Position numbers and translations under genes: made by a program. DNA of 63,676 nucleotides, filler included, from Raillietiella orientalis (Eukaryota), in assembly GCA_036172245.1 (NCBI GenBank). It is 2 parts of 2 records of this genome, joined end to end, with 100 filler letters (N's around TTAATTAATTAA, not from the genome) between each part and the next. Parts side by side here need not be neighbours in the genome. Positions count along the whole stretch, not along the records: positions 1 to 31,930 come from JAYWIR010000199.1; 1 more part is not named here. One strand, given 5' to 3'. The notes under the pieces were generated by a model. The model searched no databases. It saw only the letters and a list, made by a program, of their open reading frames with translations, and was not told the DNA's origin. Positions 15,001 through 30,000 of the stretch are shown here, in pieces (the first letter of the stretch is position 1; every line of letters starts with the position of its first letter).

Positions 15001-18000
15001 TGCTTATTTCGAATTGATTACAAACCCTTATTCGTCCAAATTCGGACCACATATTGATTCAAAGAGAAGTAAAACATACCCTTTCTAATTACGACACTGG
15101 TAACCATGAAAACGAAACAGAGTTAAAGTGCCCCAACCTATGGAAAGGACGCACTTTTCTCAATGTTCTTCTGAACCCAGTCAAATGTACGTGTGTGCAG
15201 CTTTCCATGACACGAATTTGCCGGTCGCTGCAAATGGACGCTTCGGGGAGAGGCGCAAAAGTGCAAAGGTGTCATCTGCTTATTTCGAATTGATTACAAA
15301 CCATGAAACGTCCAAATTCGGTCCACATAATGATTCAAAGAGAAGGAAAACATTTCCTTTCTAATTACGACACAGGTAACCATGAAAACGAAACAGAGTT
15401 AAAGTGCCCCATCCTATGGAAAGGATGCACTTTTCTCAATGTTCTTCTGAGCCCAGTCAAATGTACGTGTGTGCAGCTTTCGATGACACGAATTTGCCGG
15501 TCGCTGCAAATGGACACTTCGGAGAGAGGCGCAAAAGTGCAAAGGTGTCATCTGCTGATTTCGAATTGATTACAAACCCTGAAACTTCCAAATTCGGTCC
15601 ACATAATGATTCAAAGAGAAGGAAAACATTCCATTTCTAATTACGACACTGGTAACCATGAAAAGGAAACAGAGTCCAAAGTACCCCACCCTAAGGAAAG
15701 GACGCACCCCTATCAATGTTCTTCTGAACCCAGTCAAATGTACGTATGTGCAGCTATCCATGACACGAATTTGCCGCTCGCTGCAAATGAACGCTTCGGG
15801 GAGAGGCGCAAAACTGCAAAGGTGTCATCTGCTGATTTCGAATTGATTACAAACCCTGAAACGTCTAAATTCGGTCCACATAATGATTCAAAGAGAAGGA
15901 AAACATTCCATTTCTAATTCCGACACTGGCAACCATGAAAACGAAACAGAGTGCAAAGTGCCCCACCCTAAGGAAAGGACGCACTCCTCTCAATGTACTT
16001 CTGAACCCAGTCAAATGTACGTGTGTGCAGCTTTCCATGACACGAATTTGCCGGTCGCTGCAAATGGACGCTTCGGAGAGAGGCGCAAAAGTGCAAAGGT
16101 GTCATCTGCTGATTTCGAATTGATTACAAACCCTGAAACGTCCAAATTCGGTCCACATAGTGAATCAAAGAGAAGGAAAACATTAACTGTCTAATTCCGA
16201 CACTGGTAAACATGAAAACGAAACAGAGTCCAAAGTGACCCACTCTAAGGAAAGGACGCACTCCTCTCAATATTCTTCTGAACCCAGTCAAATGTACGTA
16301 TGTGCAGCTATCCATGACACGAATTTGCCGCTCGCTGCAAATGGACGCTTCGGGGAGAGGCGCAAAAGTGCAAAGGTGTCATCTGCTTATTTCGAATTGA
16401 TTACAAACCCTGAAACGTCCAAATTCGGTCCACATAATGATTCAAAGAGAAGGAAAACATTCCCTTTCTAATTACGACACTGGTCACCATGAAAACGAAA
16501 CAGAGTTAAAGTGCCCCATCCTATGGAAAGGACGCACTTTTCTCAATGTTCTTCAGAACCCAGTCAAATGTACGTGTGTGCAGCTTTCCATGACACGAAT
16601 TTGCCGGTCGCTGCAAATGGACGCTTCGGAGAGAGGCGCGAAAGTGCAAAGGTGTCATCTGCTGATTTCGAATTGATTACAAACCCTGAAACGTCCAAAT
16701 TCGGTCCACATAATGAATCACAGAGAAAAAAAACATTCCATTTCTAATTCCCACACTGGTAACCATGAAAACGAAACAGAGTCCAAAGTGCCCCACCCTA
16801 AGGAAAGGACGCACTCCTCTCAATGTTCTTCTGAACCCAGTCAAATGTACGTATGTGCAGCTATCCATGACACGAATTTGCCGCTTGCTGCGAATGGACG
16901 CTTCGGGGAGAGGCGCAAAAGTGCCAAGGTGTCATCCGCTTATTTCGGATTGATTACAAACCCTGAAACGTCCAAATTCGGTCCACATAATGATTCAAAG
17001 AGAAGGAAAACATTCCCTTTCTAATTACGACACTGGTAACCATGAAAACGACACAGAGTTAAAGTGCCCCACCCTATGGAAAGGACGCACTTTTCTCAAT
17101 GTTCTTCTGAACCCAGTCAAATGTACGTGTGTGCAGCTTTCCATGACACGAATTTGCCGGTCGCTGCAAATGGACGCTTCGGAGAGAGGCGCAAAAGTGC
17201 AAAGGTGTCATCTGCTGATTTCGAATTGATTACAAACCCTGAAACTTCCAAATTCGGTCCACATAATGATTCAAAGAGAAGGAAAACATTCCATTTCTAA
17301 TTCCGACACTGGTAACCATGAAAACGAAACAGAGTCCAAAGTGCCCCACCCTAAGGAAAGGACGCACTCCTCTCAATGTTCTTCTGAACCCAGTCAAATG
17401 TACGTATGTGCAGCTATCCATGACACGAATTTGCCGCTCGCTGCAAATGGACGCTTCGGGGAGAGGCGCAAAAGTGCAAAGGTGTCATCTGCTGATTTCG
17501 AATTGATTACAAACCCTCAAACGTCCAAATTCGGTCCACATAATGATTCAAAGAGAAGGAAAACATTCCATTTCTAATTACGACACTGGTAACCATGAGA
17601 ACGAAACAGAGTTAAAGTGCCCCACCCTATGGAAAGGACGCACTTTTCTCAATGTTCTTCTGAACCCAGTCAAATGTACGTGTGTGCAGCTTTCCATGAC
17701 ACGAATTTGCCGCTCGCTGCAAATGGACGCTTCGGAGAGAGGCGCAAAAGTGCAAAGGTGTCATCTGCTGATTTCAAATTGATTACAAACCTTCAAACGT
17801 CCATATTCGGTCCACATAATGAATCACAGAGAAGGAAAACATTCCATTTCTGATTCCGACACTGGTAACCATGGAAACGAAACAGAGTCCAAAGTACCCC
17901 ACCCTAAGGAAAGACGCACTCCTCTCAATGATCTTCTGAACCCAGTCAAATGTACGTATGTGCAGCACTATCCATGACACGAACTCGCTGCAAATGGACG

Positions 18001-21000
18001 CTTCGGAGAGAGGCGCAAAAGTGCAAAGGTGTCATCTGCTGATTTCGAATTGATTACAAACCTTCAAACGTCCATATTCGGTCCACATAATGAATCACAG
18101 AGTAGGAAAACATTCCATTTCTAATTCCCACACTGGTAACCATAAAAACGAAACAGAGTTAAAGTGCCCCACCCTATGGAAAGGACGCACTTTTCTCAAT
18201 GTTTTTCTGAACCCAGTCAAATGTACGTGTGTGCAGCTTTCCATGACACGAATTTGCCGGTCGCTGCAAACGGACGCTTCGGAGAGAGGCGCAAAAGTGC
18301 AAAGGTGTCATCTGCTGATTTCGAATTGATTACAAACCCTGAAACGTCCAAATTCGGTCCACATAATGATTCAAAGAGAAGGAAAACATTCCCTTTCTAA
18401 TTACGACACTGGTAACCATGAAAACGAAACAGAGTTAAAGTGCCCCACCCTATGGAAAGGACGCACTTTTCTCAATGTTCTTCTGAACCCAGTCAAATGT
18501 ACGTGTGTGCAGCTTTCCATGACACGAATTTGCCGCTCGCTGCAAATGGACGCTTCGGAGAGAGGCGCAAAAGTGCAAAGGTGTCATCTGCTGATTTCGA
18601 ATTGAGTACAAACCCCGAAACGTCCAAATTCGGTCCACATAATGAATCACAGAGAAGGAAAACATTCCATTTCTAATTCCGACACTGGTAACCATGAAAA
18701 CGAAACAGAGTTAAAGTGCCCCACCCTATGGAAAGGACGCACTTTTCTCAATGTTTTTCTGAACTCAGTCAAATGTACGTGTGTGCAGCTTTCCATGACA
18801 CGAATTTGCCGCTAGCTGCAAACGGACGCTTGGAGAGAGGCGCAAAAGTGCAAAGGTGTCATCTGCTGATTTCGAATTGATTACAAACCCTGAAACGTCA
18901 AAATTCGGTCCACATAATGAATCAAAGAGAAGGAAAACATTCCATTTCTAATTCCCACACTGGTAACCATGAAAACGAAACAGAGTTAAAGTGCCCCACC
19001 CTATGGAAAGGACGCACTTTTCTCAATGTTCTTCTGAACCCAGTCAAATGTACGTGTGTGCAGCTTTCCATGACACGAATTTGCCGCTCGCTGCAAATGG
19101 ACGCTTCGGAGAGAGGCGCAAAAGTGCAAAGGTGTCATCTGCTGATTTCGAATTGATTACAAACCCTGAAACGTCCAAATTCGGTCCACATATTGAATCA
19201 CATTGAAAAAAAACATTCCATTTCTTATTCCCACACTGGTAACCATGAAAACGAAACAGAGTCCAAAGTGCCGCACCCTAAGGAAAGGACGCATTCCTCT
19301 CAATGTTCTTCTGAACCCAGTCAAATGTACGTATGTGCAGCTATCCATGACACGAATTTGCCGCAGGCTGCAAATAGACGCTTCAAGGAGAGGCGCAAAA
19401 GTGCAAAGGTGTCATCTGCTGATTTCGAATTGATAACAAACCCTGAAACGTCCAAATTCGGTCCACATAATGAATCACAGAGAAGGAAAACATTCTATTT
19501 CTAATTCCCACACTGGTAACCATGAAAACGAAACAGAGTCCAAAGTGCCCCACCCTAAGGAAAGGACGCACTCCTCTCAATGTTCTTCTGAACCCAGTCA
19601 AATATACGTATGTGCAGCTATCCATGACACGAATTTGCCGCTCGCTGCAAATGGACGCTTCGGAGAGAGGCGCAAAAGTGCAAAGGTGTCATCTGCTGAT
19701 TTCGAATTGATTACAAACCCTGAAACGTCTAAATTCGGTCCACATAATGATTCAAAGAGAAGGAAAACATTCCCTTTCTAATTCCGACACTGGTAACCAT
19801 GAAAACGAAACAGTGTCCAAAGTGCCCCACCCTATGGAAAGGACGCACTCCTCTCAATGTTCTTCTGAACCCAGTCAAATGTACGTGTGTGCAGCTTTCC
19901 ATGACACGAATTTGCCGGTCGCTGCAAATGGACGCTTCGGGTAGAGGCGCAAAAGTGCAAAGGTGTCATCTGCTTATTTCGAATTGATTACAAACCATCA
20001 AACGTCCAAATTCGGTACACATATTGATTCAAACAGAAGTAAAACATTCCCTTTCTAATTACGACACTGGTAACCATGAAAACGAAACAGAGTTAAAGTG
20101 CCCCACCCTATGGAAAGGACGCACTTTTCTCAATGTTCTTCTGAACCCAGTCAAATGTACGTGTGTGCAGCTTTCCATGACACGAATTTGCCGCTCGCTG
20201 CAAATGGACGCTTCGGAGAGAGGCGCAAAAGTGCAAAGGTGTCATCTGCTGATTTCGAATTGATTACAAACCCTGAAACGTCCAAATTCGGTCCACATAA
20301 TGATTCAAAGAGAAGGAAAACATTCCCTTTCTAATTACGACACTGGTAACCATGAAAACGAAACAGAGTTAAAGTGCCCCACCCTATGGAAAGGACGCAC
20401 TTTTCTCAATGTTCTTCTGAACCCAGTCAAATGTACGTATGTGCAGCTATCCATGACACGAATTTGCCGCTCGCTGCAAATGGACGCTTCGGGGAGAGGC
20501 GCAAAAGTGCAAAGGTGTCATCTGCTGATTTCGAATTGATTACAAACCCTGAAACGTACAAATTCGGTCCACATAATGAATCGCAGAAGGAAAACATTCC
20601 ATTTCTAATTCCGACACTGGTAACCATGAAAACGAAACAGAGAAAGTGCCCCACCCTATGGAAAGGACGCACTTTTCTCAATGTTCTTCTGAACCCAGTC
20701 AAATGTACGTGTGTGCAGCTTTCCATGACACGAATTTGCCGGTCGCTGCAAACGGACGCTTCGGAGAGAGGCGCAAAAGTGCAAAGGTGTCATCTGCTGA
20801 TTTCGAATTGATTACAAACCCTGAAACGTCCAAATTCGGTCCACATAATGATTCGAAGAGAAGGAAAACATTCCCTTTCTAATTACGACACTGGTAACCA
20901 TGAAAACGAAACAGAGTTAAAGTGCCCCACCCTATGGAAAGGACGCACTTTTCTCAATGTTCTTCTGAACCCAGTCAAATGTACGTGTGTGCAGCTTTCC

Positions 21001-24000
21001 ATGACACGAATTTGCCGCTCGCTGCAAATGGACGCTTCGGAGAGAGGCGCAAAAGTGCAAAGGTGTCATCTGCTGATTTCGAATTGATTACAAACCCTGA
21101 AACGTCCAAATTCGGTCCACATAATGAATCACATTGAAAAAAAACATTCCATTTCTTATTCCCACACTGGTAACCATGAAAACGAAACAGAGTCCAAAGT
21201 GCCGCACCCTAAGGAAAGGACGCATTCCTCTCAATGTTCTTCTGAACCCAGTCAAATGTACGTATGTGCAGCTATCCATGACACGAATTTGCCGCAGGCT
21301 GCAAATAGACGCTTCAAGGAGAGGCGCAAAAGTGCAAAGGTGTCATCTGCTGATTTCGAATTGATAACAAACCCTGAAACGTCCAAATTCGGTCCACATA
21401 ATGAATCACAGAGAAGGAAAACATTCTATTTCTAATTCCCACACTGGTAACCATGAAAACGAAACAGAGTCCAAAGTGTCCCACCCTAAGGAAAGGACGC
21501 ACTCCTCTCAATGTTCTTCTGAACCCAGTCAAATATACGTATGTGCAGCTATCCATGACACGAATTTGCCGCTCGCTGCAAACGGACGCTTCGGAGAGAG
21601 GCGCAAAAGTGCAAAGGTGTCATCTGCTGATTTCGAATTGAGTACAAACCCCGAAACGTACAAATTCGGTCCACATAATGAATCACAGAGTAGGAAAACA
21701 TTCCATTTCTAATTCCCACACTGGTAACCATAAAAACGAAACAGAGTTAAAGTGCCCCACCCTATGGAAAGGACGCACTTTTCTCAATGTTTTTCTGAAC
21801 TCAGTCAAATGTACGTGTGTGCAGCTTTCCATGACACGAATTTGCCGGTAGCTGCAAACGGACGCTTCGGAGAGAGGCGCAAAAGTGCAAAGGTGTCATC
21901 TGCTGATTTCGAATTGAGTACAAACCCCGAAACGTACAAATTCGGTCCACATAATGAATCACAGAGTAGGAAAACATTCCATTTCTAATTCCCACACTGG
22001 TAACCATAAAAACGAAACAGAGTTAAAGTGCCCCACCCTATGGAAAGGACGCACTTTTCTCAATGTTTTTCTGAACTCAGTCAAATGTACGTGTGTGCAG
22101 CTTTCCATGACACGAATTTGCCGGTCGCTGCAAATGGACGCTTCGGAGAGAGGCGCAAAAGTGCAAAGGTGTCATCTGCTGATTTCGAATTGATTACAAA
22201 CCCTGAAACTTCCAAATTCGGTCCACATAATGATTCAAAGAGAAGGAAAACATTCCATTTCTAATTCCGACACTGGTAACCATGAAAACGAAACAGAGTC
22301 CAAAGTGCCCCACCCTAAGGAAAGGACGCACTGCTCTCAATGTTCTACTGAACCCAGTCAAATGTACGTATGTGCAGCTATCCATGACACGAATTTGCCG
22401 CTCGCTGCAAATGGACGCTTCGGGGAGAGGCGCAAAAGTGCAAAGGTGTCATCTGCTGATTTCGAATTGATTACAAACCCTGAAACGTCCAAATTCGGTC
22501 CACATAGTGAATCAAAGAGAAGGAAAACATTAACTGTCTAATTCCGACACTGGTAACCATGAAAACGAAACAGAGTCCAAAGTGCCCCACCCTAAGGAAA
22601 GGACGCACTCCTCTCAATGTTCTTCTGAACCCAGTCATATGTACGTATGTGCAGCTATCCTTGACACGAATTTGCCGCTCGCTGCAAATGGACGTTTCGG
22701 GGAGAGGCGCAAAAGTGCAAAGGTGTCATCTGCTTATTTCGAATTGATTACAAACCCTTAAACGTCCAAATTCGGTCCACATATTGATTCAAAGAAAAGT
22801 AAAACATACCCTTTCTAATTACGACACTGGTAACCATGGAAACGAAACAGAGTCCAAAGTACCCCACCCTAAGGAAAGGACGCACTCCTCTCAATGATCT
22901 TCTGAACCCAGTCAAATGTACGTATGTGCAGCTATCCATGACACGAATTTGCCGCTCGCTGCAAATGGACGCTTCGGGGAGAGGAGCAAAAGTGCCAAGG
23001 TGTCATCTGCTTATTTCGAATTGATTACAAACCCTGAAACGTCCAAATTCGGTCCACATATTGATTCAAAGAGAAGGAAAACATATCCTTTCTAGTTACG
23101 ACACTGGTAACCATGAAAACGAAACATAGTTAAAGTGCCCCACCCTATGGAAAGGACGCACTTTTCTCAATGTTCTTCTGAACCCAGTCAAATGAACGTG
23201 TGTGCAGCTTTCCATGACACGAATTTGTCGGTCGCTGCAAATGGACGCTTCGGAGAGAGGCGCAAAAGTGCAAAGGTGTCATCTGCTGATTTCGAATTGA
23301 TTACAAACCCTCAAACGTCCAAATTCGGTCCACATAATGATTCAAAGAGAAGGAAAACATTCCATTTCTAATTACGACACTGGTAACCATGAAAACGAAA
23401 CAGAGTTAAAGTGCCCCACCCTATGGAAAGGACGCACTTTTCTCAATGTTCTTCTGAACCCAGTCAAATGTACGTGTGTGCAGCTTTCCATGACACGAAT
23501 TTGCCGCTCGCTGCAAATGGACGCTTCGGAGAGAGGCGCAAAAGTGCAAAGGTGTCATCTGCTGATTTCGAATTGATTACAAACCTTCAAACGTCCATAT
23601 TCGGTCCACATAATGAATCACAGAGAAGGAAAACATTCCATTTCTGATTCCGACACTGGTAACCATGGAAACGAAACAGAGTCCAAAGTACCCCACCCTA
23701 AGGAAAGACGCACTCCTCTCAATGATCTTCTGAACCCAGTCAAATGTACGTATGTGCAGCTATCCATGACACGAATTTGCCGCTCGCTGCAAATGGACGC
23801 TTCGGAGAGAGGCGCAAAAGTGCAAAGGTGTCATCTGCTGATTTCGAATTGATTACAAACCTTCAAACGTCCATATTCGGTCCACATAATGAATCACAGA
23901 GTAGGAAAACATTCCATTTCTAATTCCCACACTGGTAACCATAAAAACGAAACAGAGTTAAAGTGCCCCACCCTATGGAAAGGACGCACTTTTCTCAATG

Positions 24001-27000
24001 TTTTTCTGAACCCAGTCAAATGTACGTGTGTGCAGCTTTCCATGACACGAATTTGCCGCTCGCTGCAAATGGACGCTTCGGAGAGAGGCGCAAAAGTGCA
24101 AAGGTGTCATCTGCTGATTTCGAATTGATTACAAACCTTCAAACGTCCATATTCGGTCCACATAATGAATCACAGAGTAGGAAAACATTCCATTTCTAAT
24201 TCCCACACTGGTAACCATAAAAACGAAACAGAGTTAAAGTGCCCCACCCTATGGAAAGGACGCACTTTTCTCAATGTTTTTCTGAACCCAGTCAAATGTA
24301 CGTATGTGCAGCTATCCATGACACGAATTTGCCGCTCGCTGCAAATGGACGCTTCGGAGAGAGGCGCAAAAGTGCAAAGGTGTCATCTGCTGATTTCGAA
24401 TTGATTACAAACCTTCAAACGTCCATATTCGGTCCACATAATGAATCACAGAGAAGGAAAACATTCCATTTCTGATTCCGACACTGGTAACCATGGAAAC
24501 GAAACAGAGTCCAAAGTACCCCACCCTAAGGAAAGACGCACTCCTCTCAATGATCCTCTGAACCCAGTCAAACGTACGTATGTGCAGCTATCCATGACAC
24601 GAATTTGCCGGTCGCTGCAAACGGACGCTTCGGAGAGAGGCGCAAAAGTGCAAAGGTGTCATCTGCTGATTTCGAATTGATTACAAACCTTCAAACGTCC
24701 ATATTCGGTCCACATAATGATTCGAAGAGAAGGAAAACATTCCCTTTCTAATTACGACACTGGTAACCATGAAAACGAAACAGAGTTAAAGTGCCCCACC
24801 TTATGGAAAGGACGCACTTTTCTCAATGTTCTTCTGAACCCAGTCAAATGTACGTGTGTGCAGCTTTCCATGACACGAATTTGCCGCTCGCTGCAAATGG
24901 ACGCTTCGGAGAGAGGCGCAAAAGTGCAAAGGTGTCATCTGCTGATTTCGAATTGATTACAAACCCTGAAACGTCCAAATTCGGTCCACATATTGAATCA
25001 CATTGAAAAAAAACATTCCATTTCTTATTCCCACACTGGTAACCATGAAAACGAAACAGAGTCCAAAGTGCCGCACCCTAAGGAAAGGACGCATTCCTCT
25101 CAATGTTCTTCTGAACCCAGTCAAATGTACGTATGTGCAGCTATCCATGACACGAATTTGCCGCAGGCTGCAAATAGACGCTTCAAGGAGAGGCGCAAAA
25201 GTGCAAAGGTGTCATCTGCTGATTTCGAATTGATAACAAACCCTGAAACGTCCAAATTCGGTCCACATAATGAATCACAGAGAAGGAAAACATTCTATTT
25301 CTAATTCCCACACTGGTAACCATGAAAACGAAACAGAGTCCAAAGTGTCCCACCCTAAGGAAAGGACGCACTCCTCTCAATGTTCTTCTGAACCCAGTCA
25401 AATATACGTATGTGCAGCTATCCATGACACGAATTTGCCGCTCGCTGCAAACGGACGCTTCGGAGAGAGGCGCAAAAGTGCAAAGGTGTCATCTGCTGAT
25501 TTCGAATTGAGTACAAACCCCGAAACGTACAAATTCGGTCCACATAATGAATCACAGAGTAGGAAAACATTCCATTTCTAATTCCCACACTGGTAACCAT
25601 AAAAACGAAACAGAGTTAAAGTGCCCCACCCTATGGAAAGGACGCACTTTTCTCAATGTTTTTCTGAACTCAGTCAAATGTACGTGTGTGCAGCTTTCCA
25701 TGACACGAATTTGCCGGTAGCTGCAAACGGACGCTTCGGAGAGAGGCGCAAAAGTGCAAAGGTGTCATCTGCTGATTTCGAATTGATTACAAACCCCGAA
25801 ACGTACAAATTCGGTCCACATAATGAATCACAGAGTAGGAAAACATTCCATTTCTAATTCCCACACTGGTAACCATAAAAACGAAACAGAGTCTAAAGTG
25901 CCCCACCCTATGGAAAGGACGCACTTTTCTCAATGTTTTTCTGAACCCAGTCAAATGTACGTGTGTGCAGCTTTCCATGACACGAATTTGCCGGTCGCTG
26001 CAAATGGACGCTTCGGAGAGAGGCGCAAAAGTGCAAAGGTGTCATCTGCTGATTTCGAATTGATTACAAACCCTGAAACTTCCAAATTCGGTCCACATAA
26101 TGATTCAAATAGAAGGAAAACATTCCATTTCTAATTCCGACACTGGTAACCATGAAAACGAAACAGAGTCCAAAGTGCCCCACCCTAAGGAAAGGACGCA
26201 CTGCTCTCAATGTTCTACTGAACCCAGTCAAATGTACGTATGTGCAGCTATCCATGACACGAATTTGCCGCTCGCTGCAAATGGACGCTTCGGGAAGAGG
26301 CCCAAAAGTGCAAAGGTGTCATCTGCTGATTTCGAATTGATTACAAACCCTGAAACGTCCAAATTCGGTCCACATAGTGAATCAAAGAGAAGGAAAACAT
26401 TAACTGTCTAATTCCGACACTGGTAACCATGAAAACGAAACAGAGTCCAAAGTGCCCCACCCTAAAGAAAGGACGCACTCCTCTCAATGTTCTTCTGAAC
26501 CCAGTCATATGTACGTATGTGCAGCTATCCTTGACACGAATTTGCCGCTCGCTGCAAATGGACGTTTCGGGGAGAGGCGCAAAAGTGCAAAGGTGTCATC
26601 TTCTTATTTCGAATTGATTACAAACCCTTAAACGTCCAAATTCGGTCCACATATTGATTCAAAGAAAAGTAAAACATACCCTTTCTAATTACGACACTGG
26701 TAACCATGGAAACGAAACAGAGTCCAAAGTACCCCACCCTAAGGAAAGGACGCACTCCTCTCAATGATCTTCTGAACCCAGTCAAATGTACGTATGTGCA
26801 GCTATCCATGACACGAATTTGCCGCTCGCTGCAAATGGACGCTTCGGGGAGAGGAGCAAAAGTGCCAAGGTGTCATCTGCTTATTTCGAATTGATTACAA
26901 ACCCTGAAACGTCCAAATTCGGTCCACATATTGATTCAAAGAGAAGGAAAACATATCCTTTCTAGTTACGACACTGGTAACCATGAAAACGAAACATAGT

Positions 27001-30000
27001 TAAAGTGCCCCACCCTATGGAAAGGACGCACTTTTCTCAATGTTCTTCTGAACCCAGTCAAATGTACGTGTGTGCAGCTTTCCATGACACGAATTTGCCG
27101 CTCGCTGCAAATGGACGCTTCGGAGAGAGGCGCAAAAGTGCAAAGGTGTCATCTGCTGATTTCGAATTGATTACAAACCTTCAAACGTCCATATTCGGTC
27201 CACATAATGAATCACAGAGAAGGAAAACATTCCATTTCTGATTCCGACACTGGTAACCATGGAAACGAAACAGAGGCCAAAGTACCCCACCCTAAGGAAA
27301 CACGCACTCCTCTCAATGATCTTCTGAACCCAGTCAAATGTACGTATGTGCAGCTATCCATGACACGAATTTGCCGCTCGCTGCAAATGGACGCTTCGGA
27401 GAGAGGCGCAAAAGTGCAAAGGTGTCATCTGCTGATTTCGAATTGATTACAAACCTTCAAACGTCCATATTCGGTCCACATAATGAATCACAGAGTAGGA
27501 AAACATTCCATTTCTAATTCCCACACTGGTAACCATAAAAACGAAACAGAGTTAAAGTGCCCCACCCTATGGAAAGGACGCACTTTTCTCAATGTTTTTC
27601 TGAACCCAGTCAAATGTACGTGTGTGCAGCTTTCCATGACACGAATTTGCCGCTCCCTGCAAATGGACGCTTCGGAGAGAGGCGCAAAAGTGCAAAGGTG
27701 TCATCTGCTGATTTCGAATTGATTACAAACCTTCAAACGTCCATATTCGGTCCACATAATGAATCACAGAGTAGGAAAACATTCCATTTCTAATTCCCAC
27801 ACTGGTAACCATAAAAACGAAACAGAGTTAAAGTGCCCCACCCTATGGAAAGGACGCACTTTTCTCAATGTTCTTCTGAACCCAGTCAAATGTACGTATG
27901 TGCAGCTATCCATGACACGAATTTGCCGCTCGCTGCAAATGGACGCTTCGGAGAGAGGCGCAAAAGTGCAAAGGTGTCATCTGCTGATTTCGAATTGATT
28001 ACAAACCTTCAAACGTCCATATTCGGTCCACATAATGAATCACAGAGAAGGAAAACATTCCATTTCTGATTCCGACACTGGTAACCATGGAAACGAAACA
28101 GAGTCCAAAGTACCCCACCCTAAGGAAAGACGCACTCCTCTCAATGATCTTCTGAACCCAGTCAAATGTACGTATGTGCAGCTATCCATGACACGAATTT
28201 GCCGGTCGCTGCAAACGGACGCTTCAAGGAGAGGCGCAAAAGTGCAAAGGTGTCATCTGCTGATTTCGAATTGATAACAAACCCTGAAACGTCCAAATTC
28301 GGTCCACATAATGAATCACAGAGAAGGAAAACATTCTATTTCTAATTCCCACACTGGTAACCATGAAAACGAAACAGAGTCCAAAGTGTCCCACCCTAAG
28401 GAAAGGACGCACTCCTCTCAATGTTCTTCTGAACCCAGTCAAATATACGTATGTGCAGCTATCCATGACACGAATTTGCCGCTCGCTGCAAACGGACGCT
28501 TCGGAGAGAGGCGCAAAAGTGCAAAGGTGTCATCTGCTGATTTCGAATTGAGTACAAACCCCGAAACGTACAAATTCGGTCCACATAATGAATCACAGAG
28601 TAGGAAAACATTCCATTTCTAATTCCCACACTGGTAACCATAAAAACGAAACAGAGTTAAAGTGCCCCACCCTATGGAAAGGACGCACTTTTCTCAATGT
28701 TTTTCTGAACTCAGTCAAATGTACGTGTGTGCAGCTTTCCATGACACGAATTTGCCGGTAGCTGCAAACGGACGCTTCGGAGAGAGGCGCAAAAGTGCAA
28801 AGGTGTCATCTGCTGATTTCGAATTGAGTACAAACCCCGAAACGTACAAATTCGGTCCACATAATGAATCACAGAGTAGGAAAACATTCCATTTCTAATT
28901 CCCACACTGGTAACCATAAAAACGAAACAGAGTTAAAGTGCCCCACCCTATGGAAAGGACGCACTTTTCTCAATGTTTTTCTGAACTCAGTCAAATGTAC
29001 GTGTGTGCAGCTTTCCATGACACGAATTTGCCGGTCGCTGCAAATGGACGCTTCGGAGAGAGGCGCAAAAGTGCAAAGGTGTCATCTGCTGATTTCGAAT
29101 TGATTACAAACCCTGAAACTTCCAAATTCGGTCCACATAATGATTCAAATAGAAGGAAAACATTCCATTTCTAATTCCGACACTGGTAACCATGAAAACG
29201 AAACAGAGTCCAAAGTGCCCCACCCTAAGGAAAGGACGCACTGCTCTCAATGTTCTACTGAACCCAGTCAAATGTACGTATGTGCAGCTATCCATGACAC
29301 GAATTTGCCGCTCGCTGCAAATGGACGCTTCGGGGAGAGGCGCAAAAGTGCAAAGGTGTCATCTGCTGATTTCGAATTGATTACAAACCCTGAAACGTCC
29401 AAATTCGGTCCACATAGTGAATCAAAGAGAAGGAAAACATTAACTGTCTAATTCCGACACTGGTAACCATGAAAACGAAACAGAGTCCAAAGTGCCCCAC
29501 CCTAAGGAAAGGACGCACTCCTCTCAATGTTCTTCTGAACCCAGTCATATGTACGTATGTGCAGCTATCCTTGACACGAATTTGCCGCTCGCTGCAAATG
29601 GACGTTTCGGGGAGAGGCGCAAAAGTGCAAAGGTGTCATCTTCTTATTTCGAATTGATTACAAACCCTTAAACGTCCAAATTCGGTCCACATATTGATTC
29701 AAAGAGAAGTAAAACATACCCTTTCTAATTACGACACTGGTAACCATGGAAACGAAACAGAGTCCAAAGTACCCCACCCTAAGGAAAGGACGCACTCCTC
29801 TCAATGATCTTCTGAACCCAGTCAAATGTACGTATGTGCAGCTATCCATGACACGAATTTGCCGCTCGCTGCAAATGGACGCTTCGGGGAGAGGAGCAAA
29901 AGTGCCAAGGTGTCATCTGCTTATTTCGAATTGATTACAAACCCTGAAACGTCCAAATTCGGTCCACATATTGATTCAAAGAGAAGGAAAACATATCCTT

